Source: Phaeosaccion multiseriatum
Lineage: Eukaryota; Protista; Ochrophyta, other classes
Length of the DNA: 64,000 nt
Direction: 5' to 3'
Assembly: GCA_965112735.1 (NCBI GenBank)
Contig: OZ218965.1
Location: 1,736,001-1,800,000, forward strand
The notes beneath the pieces were generated by a model, which ran no database searches, had not been told where the DNA came from, and saw only the letters and a program-made list of their open reading frames with translations. Numbering within the stretch: position 1 is the first letter of the stretch; each line of letters begins with the position of its first letter. The position numbers and the translations under genes were made by a program. Positions 42,435-56,277 of this stretch are shown piece by piece.

Positions 42435-44186
42435 CTATTTGGGTTTGTTGAGCAAGTTGAGGAAGAAGTCTTTGGGCGCCGCGGCGGGGGCTGCTGCTGC
42501 TGGTGCCGCTGCTGGTGCCGCTGGCACGTCTGCCGTCTTTGACGCTCCTCCTCCCCCTGCAGGTGCTGCAGCATCCGCCCCTGAGCCTGTCTGTTTCCTG
42601 CCGTCCTTGGCTGGAGGAGCCCTCTTTTCCTTGACCTGTCTGCTCCTGAGGTCTTCTAGCCACTCCTCCTCCGGCACCAACGCCCCCCCGTCTCTCCCAA
42701 ACCCTTCCAGTGAGCTCCTCCGCTGCTGGTGGCCACCCTTGACAGGAGAGGACGCCACGGGTGGCAAGGCATCGTCAAACAGCGTCTCCAGCTCCGTCCC
42801 GCTGACCTTGTTAACCGGCAGGATGTCGTCAATTAGTCTGCTGCTGTCCCAGCCACTGGGGATGAAGAGTTCGTCCCCGACCCTAGCTTCGAGGTTCATG
42901 CCATGCACAGCGGTGCTCGGACAGCAGCGATGCAGAATGTAGCGTTGCAGTTCCAGGCAGTTGACGCCATCAGCGGCGGAGGTGTAGACGAGGGCGGCGC
43001 CGTGCCTTAGGCAGAAGCGTCTCATGTATTGCTGCATGTAGAGCTGTTCCTGCTGGCGGTCGTAGTTACCACGGGGTAGGGCGTCACTCTTACACCCCAC
43101 CACCACCAGCGGAATGGACAGGTTGGTTTCCAGCACTCCAGGGGGAAGGGGCGGCACGTCGGGGTCAAGAGGAGAGTCCGTAGCAGCATTGGGGACGCCT
43201 GAGGAGGAGGAGGAGGAGGAGGAGCATGCCTTGGCGACATAGGCACTAATGTTGGCTTTGAGGCCGTCCCGCTCGCCTATCGAGAGGCCACTCAGCTGAG
43301 CATGGAGTGGAGACGGGGTGGGTGCAAGAGACAAGAGGGAGGCAGGCGAGCGGACAGTGGTGAGGTGAGTTCGCTTTCATTCGCGACCTCAGACGGCTTG
43401 TTTGATGGCTCACTCTGGAAAACTCGAATCCCAATTTTATGTATACATACCTTGCTTGTGACGAGTCTATCGAGCATCGCCGTCCACTCTTCCAGTGCCA
43501 TCTTCACGAGTCGAGGCCGGGTGAGGTCTACGGTCACAACGGCCAGTGTGTGTGCCAAGTGGCTCTGAGGGCGGAGGAGTTGTTGCAAGTGTTCCAAGAG
43601 CAAAGGCAAGGGCAAGGGAGGGCAGCGGCTTCAGAGAACTTCAGCGAAGGGTTGGCGCAGCGGGGCACAGGGCACGGGGCACTGGGGAAATCTTGCTGCC
43701 AGGTCCCTCTTCTTGGCTGATAAGCGCTGGCCCTTCCGTACTGTGCCCTGCTCCACTCACCGGCTCTAAGACAGTACCCAGCAAGTCGCTAAACTCCCTC
43801 TCACTGCAGCTCCACACGTTGACACGTGCAGGAGAGTCCTCACTGTCATCCTTGGCGGGGTCCAACGGGTCCACCGCGTCGAAGAACTGGTACGATAGGA
43901 TGGGGTGGAAGTCCTCCTTGCCGTTGGCGCCGTCTTCACTGCTGCTTCGATTGCTACTACTATTCCGGCGGCTGCTGCTGCTACCGTGGCTGCTACTGCT
44001 GCTCGATATTGCGTTAAAGCGCTTCAGAAGTGAAGTCTTGCCGCACCCGCTTTGTCCCACAAAGAGCACTGTGCTGTCTGTGGGCCTCGCCTTGCTCATT
44101 GCCGCCCTCAAGAGAGCTTCCCAGGAGCTACCATTCGAGCCTTCTGCATCGCCAGCACCGCCGCCCTGCCCATCTGGACTGACCAT
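42435..44186 (-). CDS. DYNC1LI1: Cytoplasmic dynein light intermediate chain (G-domain-like)
   Basis: P-loop GQSGCGKTSL, LSYQFFD, RVNVW, VDLTRP, NLSIPLVVVGCKSD, YMQQYMRRFCLRHGAALVYTS, LFIPSGWDS and terminal DFFLNLL. Exons 44186-43761, 43564-43451, 43295-42435 (466 aa). Confidence 0.88.
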
Positions 44187-44554
44187 CACGGTCCAACGCT
44201 TGGACCAAAGCAAGCGCGGACAGAGAGAGAGAGGGAGACAGGGGGGGAGAGAGAGGGAGGAGAGAGAGGAAGAGAGAGGAGGGAGAGAGAGAGACGGACA
44301 GAAGAGAGAGGAAGAGAGAGGGGGGAGAACAAAGAGGACAGAGGAAGAGAGAGGGGAGAGAGAGAGAGACGGACAGAAGAGAGAGAGAGAGAGAGAGGAA
44401 GAGAGAGGGGGGAGAACAAAGAGGACAGAATGGGCTCTTGATTTTGACTTTTTTTCTCGATGGGATCGAATCCAGGAATCGAGGGTTGGCAGATAGTGCG
44501 CGCCCCCAAAGAGAGAAGCAGATCGCTGCTGCTTCAAGTCCACCCAGGGCCGCA

Positions 44555-45085
44555 ATGAATCAAGGGAGTGCTCGCGGTGGAGGCGCTGTGGCTCCCAATG
44601 AGCGAGCAGTGGACCTCAGACAGAAGGCAGGAGCCTACTGCAAGACTCTAGTCGAGTCGTTCGCCACCCTCCTCCGAGAGAGCAAGATGGAGACAGACAA
44701 GGATGCAGCACACGCAGGTAATAACTGGAGGTTGATGAGGGAGTGGTGGAATGCGTGGGTGAGTCAGTGAGTGGGTGGTTTAGTTGTTTTGTTCTCCACA
44801 CACCTTGATGCTCTCCCTCCCCCCACCCACCACCCCCTCTACCGCCTTGCAGCGTTCCAAATAAACGTGGCAACGGCGGACCTGGTGACAAGCGGCGAGG
44901 GCTTGCTGCGCCTCATTCAGGAGCTCAAGCTAAGCATCTTACTGCAAGACGTGGGGACGATGACTGCTGAGGTGGAGGCGCGCGAGGCTGAGCTGAGGCA
45001 GGCGAGGGAGGGAGCGGTGGGGCAGGTCCGGCGTCTGACGGAGGTGGTCCAGGCTGCTAATACGGAGCTGTTGGAGCAGAAGTAA
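44555..45085 (+). CDS. MED22: Mediator complex subunit 22
   Basis: Exons 44555-44717 and 44853-45085 (phase-1 intron). LVESFATLLRESK..QINVATADLVTSGEGLLRLIQELKLSILLQD matches the Med22 pattern. Confidence 0.72.
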
Positions 45086-46143
45086 GGACGAGGGGGGAGG
45101 ACGGAGGGGGAACAGTCCCTAAGAGGGAGTTGCATCGCGGAAGCCTCACGGACTGGTGCAATGCCAAATGGCTTGCTTGCTGGGGAGGAGACGGCCAGCA
45201 CCGCGTCGACGGACTGCTCTGCGGGGGACTGAATGAAGTAAGCCCTCTCAACGCGACATCAGAAGGCCAATCGTCTCCTGCGAAAGAGCGATGGGCAGGG
45301 ACGAGACCAGCTGTGAGCCCCCCAAGCTTCACCCAGAGGAAGCGCAAAGGAAGGAGCTGTTGCTCGCAGCCGAGACAGACTCAGCACCGCGTATGCCGTT
45401 ACGGGTGGGCGTCTATCGAGCTGTGGACACTCCGCCCCTGCTCTGCTCGGTACAGGAGGAGAACAATGTGGAACGAAGGCGATGGGCCGGAGACACTTCA
45501 GCGCAATTCTTGGCCAGGTGCACTTTGCTCGTGATCAGGTGTGCACGAGGAAGAAGAGGAGGAACGTGCCAGCAGCGCCTTGTGCTCCGTGCTCTGTTCT
45601 GTCTCTTCACGCGGGGCAAGGAGGAGGTCCAAGAGGGAGAAAATGAAGGAGCTACAGTAAGGCAGCAAATACACGACAGGGGGGAGGGGCATGAGTCGTG
45701 GCACTCCCCATCCCCCCTGCTGTGCATGTTCCACGCGGAACGTTCCGCTTGAGCTCCTTCATTTTCTCCGTCTTGGGGACATTAAAGAACTGCGATGGAA
45801 GGCCGCTCATTTGTTCCGCAGGAGGGGGAGGGCGCTGCCGTCGCTATGCTTCCCTGTCTGAACCTCTGCAGAGCAGTGCTGTTGAGGCCGGGGTGACGGT
45901 TTCGCAGCGGCTCCTTCTAACCCAATTTGTGGGTTTCTCTGAAGAGAGTCAACGTGTCCTCGTCCTCCAAGTCCCTTGCGGACTCCTCCTGCTATAGTAG
46001 TAGTAGGTGGCCTCGCAGAGAAGCTCAAGAAGTACGAAAGAGAGGCTACAAAGCTGACAGCCTGTGCCCCAGCAGCAAAGGGGCACTTAGTGAGGCACAA
46101 GTGTTGATATGGTATTGAGCGGTCGGTTTCGTTTTTTTTTTTC

Positions 46144-46633
46144 CACTCGATTTGCGTACAAACGGCTTGTGGGGACTGACCTGAGTCCCACGGAGAGAGA
46201 GAGAATTGGGGAAAGCACGGAGCAGCTGGTGCAGGCAGGACCGGTAGATAAGCAAGTACGGCTTCTCCGTCGGTGACACCGCCGGCTGCCGTACTTGCTT
46301 ATCTACCGGTTCTGCCTGCACCAGCTGCTCCGTGCTTTCCCCAATTCTCTCTCTCTCCGTGGGACTCAGGTCAGTCCCCACAAGCCCACGGCTTGCTCCT
46401 ACCCCTACCGAGTTTTCTACTTCTCTGTTCTGTAAGAATCGCCCAAATCGCCCCAATTTTTTTTTTGCACAACTCCGGGCTGGGAGAAGCGCTATAGCTC
46501 TTCGTGTAGCTCTTTGAGATGCCTACCGACGTTGTTCGACACTTCCTTCCTTCCCTAGTTTTCAGCATTTCCGCAGGATGCCCGACCCCCCCCAAAAAAG
46601 GGCGATTTGGGCGATTCTTACGCAAATCGAGTG
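46144..46633. mobile_element. Non-autonomous TIR element (CAC...GTG ends) whose left TIR is interrupted by a nested insertion
   Basis: The right end gggcgatttgggcgattcttacgcaaatcgagtg (46600-46633) is the exact reverse complement of 46144-46158 joined to 46435-46453. Confidence 0.7.
46159..46432. mobile_element. Nested foldback/MITE-like insert (CA...CTG) flanked by a TA duplication, containing a ~100-bp-arm hairpin
   Basis: Arms about 46164-46262 and 46288-46386 are near-perfectly complementary. TA occurs at 46157-46158 and 46433-46434. Confidence 0.65.
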
Positions 46634-47015
46634 TTAATAATGAGGAAGGAAGCGAGCACCGAATCTCAATTTAGTACAATACCGTGTACACAACAACAGC
46701 AGCAATACCGTGTACACAACAACAGCAGGAGGATTTCCTGGAGAGAGAGGGAGGCGTGAAGCACTGCAACAACCACACGGTGCTTCGTGCCACGCCACCG
46801 CTGTAGCCGCTGTAACTGCTGTAACCGCTGTAACCGACATTCAGAGCGCTTCCTCACACTACTTCCTCCTTCTTGAGCACTCAGGCACTGAATCTCTCCA
46901 CGTGCGGCGAGTACCGAGGGCAGCCAGAAAGGAAGGGAAGGAAAGTGGGGCGTATGTGCGGCTCCTCAGCCCCACCACGATTGCCCACTTGAGTCTAGTG
47001 ACTCCCCGCCTCACC

Positions 47016-48919
47016 TCAGCTCGCTAGGCCTAGCTGCACCTCCAGCTCGTCCTTCTCCGCCTCCATCTCTGCAAGAGCAAGCCGCGCAGCCTGAAAGAGA
47101 GAGAGAGGGACAGGGGAGGTGAGTCAGTCACGAGACGGTGGCAGGGAAGTACAAGCGTACTAATGGCCTTCTCCGACAGAGTAGCCCAAGGGGCGAGAGT
47201 GTGTCATGCAGCAGAAGGCCCTCCTCTTTCTCCCTCCACGTCCGCCTCTCTCAACCGAGCCAAAGCGAAAGGAGGTATCAAACGTCTTCCTCAAGGCTAA
47301 GCTATACGGGATGGACTGCACACGTAGCCAGACTGCACGCACGCCCACACACGCACGCACGCACACACACGCACACACACGCACGCACGCACACACGCAC
47401 GCACACACGCACGCACCGCGAGGTCTTGCTCAAGCTGGGAGAGCAGCTTGCCCTTATCGCTGGTGAAGAAGTTCTCCACATCTGACAGCCGGGCCTCAAG
47501 CTCGCTAAGACAGGAGGGGTTAGGTACAAGGAGAGTCACAAGGAGGAAGATAGAAAGTCAGATAGAGGTAGCGGCTTCCTCACTCCAGTGGCTGGTGCTC
47601 CAACTGGGACGGGCATAGGGACACCCAAAAGCCCTACATAGTCAAGAAGAAGAAAGACGGATGGATGGCCCACCCCTTGTCTCCTTCATACTACGCTCTC
47701 ATCTACTCTCCTCTCCACACGCTCACACACCTCCTGTCCTTGGAGATGCTATTCCTCTCTTGGCGCAGGGCCTCGATCTTGCTGCCCGCTTCTGCGAGCT
47801 TCGTCTTGAGGGCAGAGTTGCTCTCCTCCAGTTGCCGGCTAGTCTCTGCTGTGCTGGCCTGCACCAAGTCCAGTGTTTCCTGTGGGAGCGGTCGAAAGCG
47901 ACGTGGGAGGGCAGCGCCAGCAGCACGACGGTAAGAGAGACAGAGAGCAATGGACGGACTTGTCGTAAACTCAGGAATCAGAAAGAGAAGGGGCGCAATG
48001 CATGCTACTATACCTGTGTTCTATGAAGCTCATTCCCCCTCTGCAGGACGGCTCTCTCCAGCTCCGCGGCCCTCTCCTCCAAGGTCGCCTTCTCGGCAGC
48101 CATGGCCGCCACGCGCTCCCCCGCCTGCGCCTTGTCCTGCCGGAGTGAGACCACCGCCTCCTCCGCTTGCAGCTGCCTCTCCCTCCCCTCCTCCCTTTCA
48201 ACGCGTGCCTCATACAGGTCTGACTCCAGCTTCTTCTTTGCAGCCTCCACACTCACCAACTGCGCCTGGAGAGCCGCCCGCTGGCTTTCCAGAGCCGTGG
48301 CAACGCCGACGTCCTGGGCCGCATCTCGCTCCAGTCTCGCTTTGGCACTACTCACCCTCCCAAGCTCGAGCTGGAGGTGGGCGACCTCCTCTCGAAAGGC
48401 CTTCACCCGGCGCTCGCAGCAGTTGGGGCTGAGCGTGAGTTGGTGCTCCCCCTCACCCGCTTGGGTTTGAGCTTTGACACCAGCCCCGCTGCTCGAGGCC
48501 AGCATGATATCCGAGGACACTTGGAGGAGAGCCAGCTGCCACTGCGTCCAGAACGCGGTTTGGTGCAGCTCGAGCAAAACCTCCTGGCCATCCTTGCTAC
48601 TCCTCCCCCTCCGGCCGCCGCCGCCGCCTCTTTGCCCGTCTTGTACCACGCTTTTGCGCTCCGCAGTGGCCCTCCTCGCCCCCAAAGTGACCCGCCCCTT
48701 CCTGCGGTTGACTCGCTCCGCCACGAACGCGACGACGGCATTTTCTCTGGCCTCCTCGTTCTGATCCTCAACCCCTCTCTCGCCCCCAGCCCCCGTCCTC
48801 CTCCGCAGCCGGGGCGGCGACAGCGACTCAGACACGCAGGACGTTGAAACCGTGGAGGGAGAGCCCAACGACTCCAGAGAGTCGAGCCCGGAGTCGCCTC
48901 CCTTCGCGCAGCTCATCAT
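47016..48919 (-). CDS. Coiled-coil protein of unknown function (405 aa)
   Basis: Exons 48919-48014, 47879-47731, 47504-47417, 47090-47016 splice in frame with GT-AG borders. Heptad-rich E/A/R/L/Q sequence. Confidence 0.75.
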
Positions 48920-49564
48920 TAAAAGTTAGCCTCACCTTAACAAAAAAAGCAAACGATTTCTTTTATATTTCTGTGATACTCGACTTCACAACTCGATCTC
49001 GATTTTCCCAGGGGGCCCCGATGCGCTGTTCTCCAGGGGGGCCGTTTTTGGGAAATCCTGTACCCTTCCCACTTCTACAACGACTCGCAAGAGGTGGATA
49101 AGAGGGAGCAAATAGGACACTTAGGTGAGGGAAGGGTCGTGGTCGGCGTGGGGGCGTGGTGGGGAGAGTGTGAGGACGAGTGGACCGCGTGCTGGAGCAA
49201 ACATGACAGAGGAGAGGGAGACATGATGTCAGATGCGTACGGGGCTGAGTGTTTTGTTGTGCACCTCTAGACACGGCTCCCTCTGCTCGCGTGCGGCGAG
49301 TTTCTTTGGTGATTGTGCCTTGGACGACTGCTGCTGCTGTTCGTGACGTGGAGGGCAGGACGAAGTGAGAAGAAGCACTTGTTGCCGCGAAGGGGAAAAG
49401 AGCCACGCACGCATGGGGGGCAGCACATGAAGTTCCTTATTGTGGCGAAGAAAGCTGACCCCGGCCTCCCCCTTGCTGTACCCCCTCTATCCGCACACCC
49501 TGTTTGACGTTGTCGCCGAAACAGAGATCCTCCAAGTAGTGGAGTGATCAAACAGCGGCGCAGT

Positions 49565-52500
49565 ATGGCTCGCGGAAAGAAGACCAGCCGCAATGCGCAG
49601 GCCGTGCTCACGGCCGCGATTGTGGGCGCGGCACTGGGCAACACGTCTGCCTTCACCACTGCTCCCCTCGGCACGCGCCGAGCGGCTTCCTCGTCCTCCT
49701 CTGTGTCCTCTTCCTCCACCTCCAAGGTGGAGAGGATGAACAGGTGGGCTTCTGGCTCAGCCCCCACTTCGGTGGCTGGAGCCAAGAGGGTGAGCCAATT
49801 GTCAATGGTGACAATGGAGAAGGAAAAGACGACGAGCGTCGACACGGGCATGGGCGGCATGTTCACCCAGTCCAACCCGGACACCAAGAGGGTGCTTCCT
49901 ATGGATAGGGAAGGAAAGGGCTTCTTCAAGGTGAGGAGACGCGAGGGCACTTATTGGCAGGCTCCAGCTCGCAGACGTGCTTCAACGCTTGTCCATGCGA
50001 TGGTACATTGATATTCTCTTCGCACCGGGCCACCGGGGAGGGGACAGGGGGTTGGGGTGAGACGAGGATGGGCCCAAGCGGGTGTGGGGGGGGGGGGGGA
50101 AGGAGTGGAGGGGCCCGAGGTCACAGTTGTTGAGAGGTGCCGATACAGGGAGAACAGAACGAGCAAGCACGAGAAGGTGCTCACTTGTTGTGGGGAGGTG
50201 TATGACCAACATGGTCTTTTCCCTTTCACACAGACATGCACAGACATGCACAGGCACTCACCCCTCGCGCTCCCTCTCCCCCTCTGTCCCTTCCCCCCCC
50301 TCTTTCCCCTCTGCAGCTGACCTACGTGGTGCTTGAGTCTCAGTACCAGGCCTCCATCACCAAGGCCTGCGAAAGCATTAACAGCAACCGCGACGACATT
50401 CGCGTTGAGTGCGCCGGCTACCTGCTGGAGGAGCTGCGCAACCCTGAGGTGCTGGAGACCTTCAAGAAGGACTGTGCCGAGTCCAACATTTTCATTGGAT
50501 CGCTCATCTTTGTGCAAGAGCTCGCCGAGACGGTATGTCAAGGGAGGCAGGGGATGGGAAGGAGACTGGAGTGATTGCAATGACTAACTGACTTTGCGCG
50601 TATGCATGGGGTGAGGTGTAGTGTGTATGTGGCACGGAGGAGGAGAGTGATACACCAGCTCTGACGCCACACCGCTTCCTTTCCGCTCCCTGTTTCTTCC
50701 TGTCGTTCTCCCCTCTCCTCCTCCTCCTCCTCCTCCTCCTCCTCCTCCTCCTCCTCCTCCTCCACCACTCCTTCTTCCACTCTTTCTTCCACTCTTTCGT
50801 GTATGGTCACCAGGTGGCTGAGGTGGTGGAGCCCCTCCGTGACCAGATGGACTCGGTGGTCATCTTCCCCTCCATGCCCGAGGTGATGCGCCTCAACAAG
50901 GTGGGCGCCTTCACCATGCAGAACTTGGGGCAGAGCAAGAGCGTCATCAGCGACTTTATGAAGAAGAAGAAGAAGGAGGTGAGTGAGTGAGGGAGAGAGC
51001 GAGGGAGTGGAGCAGGGGGGGCAGCGTTGTTAGGCCTGATGAAAGTGCGCTTTGGACGAGGAGAATTGTGCAGTGTGGCGGCTCCTTTCTCGGTGGGAGC
51101 TGGTGCCAATGTGTGACAGATTAGAGAGTGTGAAAACTGACTCAGCCGCGGAGGCCCTCGTCCTAAACCCCCTTTCCCCCTCCCCCCTCCCCCACTCACC
51201 CCACCCCATCCTCCAGGACGGTTCCTCCTTCGAGGAAGGCATGCTCAAGCTGCTACGAACCCTCCCCAAGGTGCTCAAGTACCTGCCCACGGAGAAGGCC
51301 AAGGACGCACGTAACTTCATGATGTCGTTCCAGTACTGGCTGGGCGGCTCTCCTGAAAACGTCGAGGCCCTGCTGCTAAACCTCGCCAAGGAGTACGTGG
51401 AGGACGTCAAGAGCAAGTCAAACGTGTCCGAGAAGGACATTGCGGACCCCACGCTGCTTGCCGATAAGGGCATTTGGCATCCTATGGCCAACAAGGTTAG
51501 TGGGTGTGGGTCCGTGAGCGCTTGGAAGAGTGATGAAGGGGGATTGATTGATTGGTTGGGGTTTTGGTTATAATTGCTTGGTCGTCCCTGTTCCTGTTCG
51601 CCCTCTTGACGCCTTCTCCTCTCTGTCCATGCGCCTCCATCATTATGAATCACAGGTGTTCGAGAACTCCATGGAGTACATGGACTGGTACAACAACGAG
51701 CACGCCCCTGCCGCGGGCATCAAGGATGACGCTCCCGTGGTGGGGCTGGTGCTGCAGAAGTCGCACATCAACACCAAGGACGAGTGCCACTACACCGCGC
51801 TCATCGCTGAGATCGAGGCCAGAGGGGCCAAGGTGAGGCAGGAGAGGGGGATCAGTGGTGGTAGTGGCGGGGGAGGGGGAGAGGGAGAGGGTGGGGGTGC
51901 CAATGGCATGCCTTCCTTGTTTGCTTGCTTGTTTACTTGCAGAAATATGATGCTTCACACTTCACACACGCACTTCCTCACGCTCCTCTCCTTTTCCTAC
52001 CCGACCCATAGGTGATCACCCTGTACAGCGGTGGACTGGACTTCTCCGGCCCCGTGGACGAGTACCTCTACCTTCCCGGAGAGAAGACCACCATCGTCGA
52101 CACCCTCATCAACCTGACTGGGTTCGCGTTGGTGGGAGGCCCTGCAAGCCAGGACCACCCCAAGGCCGTGGCCACACTCAAGAAGCTCAACAGGCCCTAC
52201 ATGTGCACTGTGCCGCTCGTGTTCCAGTCCTTTGAGGAGTGGCAGGCGTCCGAGCTGGGTCTGCATCCCATCCAGGTTGGTTGGGTGGGGTTGGGTGGGG
52301 TTGGGTGTGGTTGGGTGTGGTTGGGTGTGGTTGGGTCTGGTTGGGTAGGGCTCTAAGATAGACGGATCGAGACTGCAGCAGACACACACACACATGCACA
52401 CATGCACACATGCACACATGCATCTAACGCCTTGCTTCCTGTCTCACTGCCGCCACAACAGGTTGCCCTCCAGGTGTCCCTGCCCGAGATCGACGGCGCC

Positions 52501-55500
52501 ATTGAGCCCATCATCTACGCCGGCCGAGAGGGCGCCACTGGCCGCAGCGTGCCTCTGTCCGACCGCGTGCAGCTCGTGGCGGACAGAGCGCTCAAGTGGG
52601 CCAACCTCCGCGCCAAGCCCAACTCTGAGAAGAACGTGGCTGTGACCATCTTCTCCTTCCCTCCCGACAAGGGCAACGTGGGCACGGCGGCCTACCTGGA
52701 TGTGTTTGGCTCCATCTCTTCGGTGCTGCAGGGCCTCAAGAAGCAGGGCTATGACATTGGTGACGCACCCAGCGACTCCATGGAGATGATGCAGTGCATC
52801 CTCAACGACCCCGAGGCCAAGATCGACAGGTCAGTCAGGCAGGCAGTCAGGCAGGAAGTCAGGCAGGAAGTCAGGCAGGAAGTCAGGCAGGCAGGCAGTC
52901 AGGCAGTCAGGCAGGCAGTCAGGCAGGCAGTCAGGCAGGCAGTCAGTCTTCTTTCTCCACACACGCAACTCAACCCCATCTCCTCCCCCCCCCAACCCCC
53001 CCCCCCGCACAACCACACAGCCCCGAGATGAATGTCGAGTACCGCATGCCTGTGAGTGAGTACGAGACCCTGACCCCCTACGCCAAGGACCTCGAGGAGA
53101 ACTGGGGCCCCGCACCGGGCAACCTCAACAGCGACGGACAGAACCTCCTCGTCTTTGGAAAGAAGTTCGGAAACGTCTTCATCGGCGTGCAGGTGCGTGA
53201 GTGACCAAAACAGGGCTCTTGTCTACGATCTACGATCTGGTCACAAAGACCCTCACCCTCCTATACATTCTGTGGTCTCTTTTATGGAACCACCCCCCCC
53301 GCCACACTCTGTGTCTTGCGTTACCCCTCATTGCTCTATCTTACACGCTGTGCCTGCCCCACCGACCCCTCTTTCGCTCTTTCTTTGGTATGATCTGATG
53401 TGATGATGTACGACACCCACAGCCCACCTTCGGTTACGAGGGGGACCCCATGCGTCTGCTCTTCTCCAAGTCCGCCTCCCCGCACCACGGCTTCGCGGCC
53501 TACTACACCTACCTTGAGAAGATCTTCAAGGCGGACGCGGTGCTCCACTTCGGTACTCACGGCTCCCTCGAGTTCATGCCCGGAAAGCAAGTGGGCATGT
53601 CTGGACAGTGCTACCCGGACCGTCTCATCAACTCCATCCCTAACCTCTACTACTACGCTGCCAACAACCCTTCGGAGGCGACCATTGCCAAGCGCCGTTC
53701 CTACGCGGCCACCATCTCATACCTCACGCCCCCCGCTGAGAACGCGGGACTTTACAAGGGCCTCAAGGAGCTGGGAGAGCTCATCTCTTCCTACCAGGGA
53801 CTGAGGGATAACGAGGGCCGAGGTCCTTCCATCGTAAACTCGGTGGTTGCCTCCGCCAGGCAGTGCAACTTGGACAAGGACATTCTTGACTTGCCCACGG
53901 AGGAGGATGACGCCAAGGAGATGACCCTGGAGGAGAGGTGAGTGAAGGAGTGGGGTGGGTGGGGTGGGTAAGGCAAGTGAGGCGAGCAAGGTTTATATAA
54001 GTGGGTATTAGTGTGTGTGACGAGGCGGTTTATGCAGAGGTGTCTTTGCTCTTCTTTTTTCCCATGTTTGACTGGACATGCCAAATATACTATCCGCGCT
54101 CCTCCGCGTCCACCAACCAAACCACCCCCTTAGTCCTCCCCACTCACCTTTCCTGCCGTGCTACCAACCGCCACTGCAGGGACGATGTCGTGGGCAAGGT
54201 GTACCGCCGCCTCATGGAGATCGAGTCCCGCCTGCTCCCCTGCGGCCTCCACACGGTGGGAGTGCCCCCTACGGCCGAGGAGGCCATCGCCACGCTCGTC
54301 AACATCGCGGGCATCGACCGCCCCGAGGATGAGATCAAGGTGCGTGTGCGTGGGTGCGTGTGTGGGTGCGTGTGCGCGTGTGTGTGCGTGTAAGAGAGAG
54401 AGAGAGAATGCGTACGTGTGCGTCCTTGTATTCTGTGTGCCACTGTGTGTCTGACACTCTGCCCTCCCCTTTGTTACGCATACGCACACATACAGGCTCT
54501 GCCCCGCATCCTGGCAGAGAGCAAGGGCATGAAGATCGAGGAGCTGTACCGCAACGCCGACAACGGAAAGCTTGAGGACGTGACCATGCTGCAGACGGTA
54601 ACGGAGGCCTCCCGCGCCGTGGTACGCGCGTTGGTGGAGCGATCTACCAACAGCGCCGGCCGCGTGGAGGAGGTGAGCACCATGTCGAGTATGATGGACA
54701 TGTTCTCCGGCGGCACCCCGATGAAGAAGGCGCTCCAAAAGGCCGGCTTCCCCAACTGCTCGGATGCCGACCTGGAGCCCCTCTTCACCTTCCTCGAGTT
54801 CTGCCTCAAACAAGTCGTGGCGGACAACGAGTTGGAGGGCCTGCTCGGAGCACTCAACGGAGAGTACGTTGTGCCCGGACCGGGTGGAGACCCGATTCGC
54901 AACCCCGATGTGCTGCCCACCGGCAAGAACATGCACGCATTGGACCCTCAGTCCATCCCCACTACTGCGGCGGTGGAGGTGGCGGGCAGGGTAGTGGAGC
55001 GACTGCTGGAGAGGCTCAAGAACGACAGCCCGGACGGAGAGTACCCCGAGTCCGTGGCCTTCACTCTGTGGGGCACTGACAACATCAAGACGTATGGAGA
55101 GTCGTTGGCCCAGGTGCTCGCACTGGTGGGCGTCAGGCCCGTGGCGGACTCCATCGGCCGAGTCAACAAGCTCGAGCTCATTCCCCTGGACGAGCTTGGC
55201 AGGCCCCGTGTGGATGTGGTGGTGTCATGCTCAGGTGTGTTCCGTGACTTGTTCATCAACCAAATGAACTTGCTGGACCGAGGTGTCAAGATGGCAGCAG
55301 AGGCGGACGAGCCCGATGACCAGAACTTTGTCCGCAAGCACGCCAAGGAGCAGGCTGAGGAGTTCGGCCTGAGCGTGCGCGACGCCGCCACGCGTATCTT
55401 CTCCAACGCGGCAGGATCTTACTCGGCCAACGTCGGTCTGGCCATTGAGAACGGAGGGTGGGAGGACGAGGAGCAGCTGCAGCAGCAGTTTGTTCAGCGT

Positions 55501-56277
55501 AAGGGCTTCGCTTTCAATGCTGACAAGCCCGGCATGATGGAGCAGCAGACGGACCGATTCCAATCGGCGCTCAAGACGGTGGACGTGACCTTCCAGAACC
55601 TTGACTCGTCGGAGATTTCCCTGACGGATGTGTCCCACTACTACGACTCCGACCCCACCAAGGTGCGTTTGCTGCCTTTACTCTGTCCACTCACGCACTC
55701 ACACTGACGTCGCTCAGTTTCTCACTCGCCCCGGTCACTCCCACTCGCACTGACCCCCTCTCCCTCCCTCTCTCCCATCCCTCCCTCTCTCCCTCCCTCC
55801 CTCCTTCCCTCTTTCACCTCACTCTTTCAGGTGGTTGCCGGTCTGCGTGACGACAAGAAGAAGCCTTCCTCCTTCATGGCAGACACCACCACTGCCAACG
55901 CCCAGGTGCGAACCCTTTCGGAGACAGTGCGCCTCGACGCCCGCACCAAGCTGCTCAACCCCAAGTTCTATGAGGGCATGCTCGCCTCCGGGTACGAGGG
56001 TACCCGCGAGATTACCAAGAGGCTACGCAACACCATGGGATGGTCGGCCACCGCCGGAGAAGTTGACGGTTTCATTTACGAGGACGCCAACGATACCTTC
56101 ATCAAGGACGAGGAGATGAGGCAGCGGCTGTTGGACACCAACCCCAACGCCTTTAGGGACATGATCACCACCTTCCTTGAGGCCAATGGAAGGGGCTACT
56201 GGGAGACCAGCGACGACAACATTGAGCTGTTGCAGGATCTCTACCAGGAGGTCGAGGACAAGATCGAGGGCGTGTAG
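49565..56277 (+). CDS. CHLH: Magnesium chelatase subunit H, plastid-targeted (1431 aa, 12 exons)
   Basis: [77 protein letters not shown] and EVEDKIEGV*. Exons 49565-49930, 50317-50532, 50814-50978, 51217-51495, 51656-51832, 52012-52275, 52462-52829, 53021-53192, 53423-53937, 54180-54339, 54496-55662, 55831-56277 (4296 nt). Presequence ..GAALGNTSA|FTTAP. Confidence 0.98.

Noticed and set aside
45100-46120. ORFs downstream of MED22, and similar ORFs at 25309-25835 and 57781-58623
   Set aside because: No recognisable motifs or consistent exon structure, so they are left unannotated.
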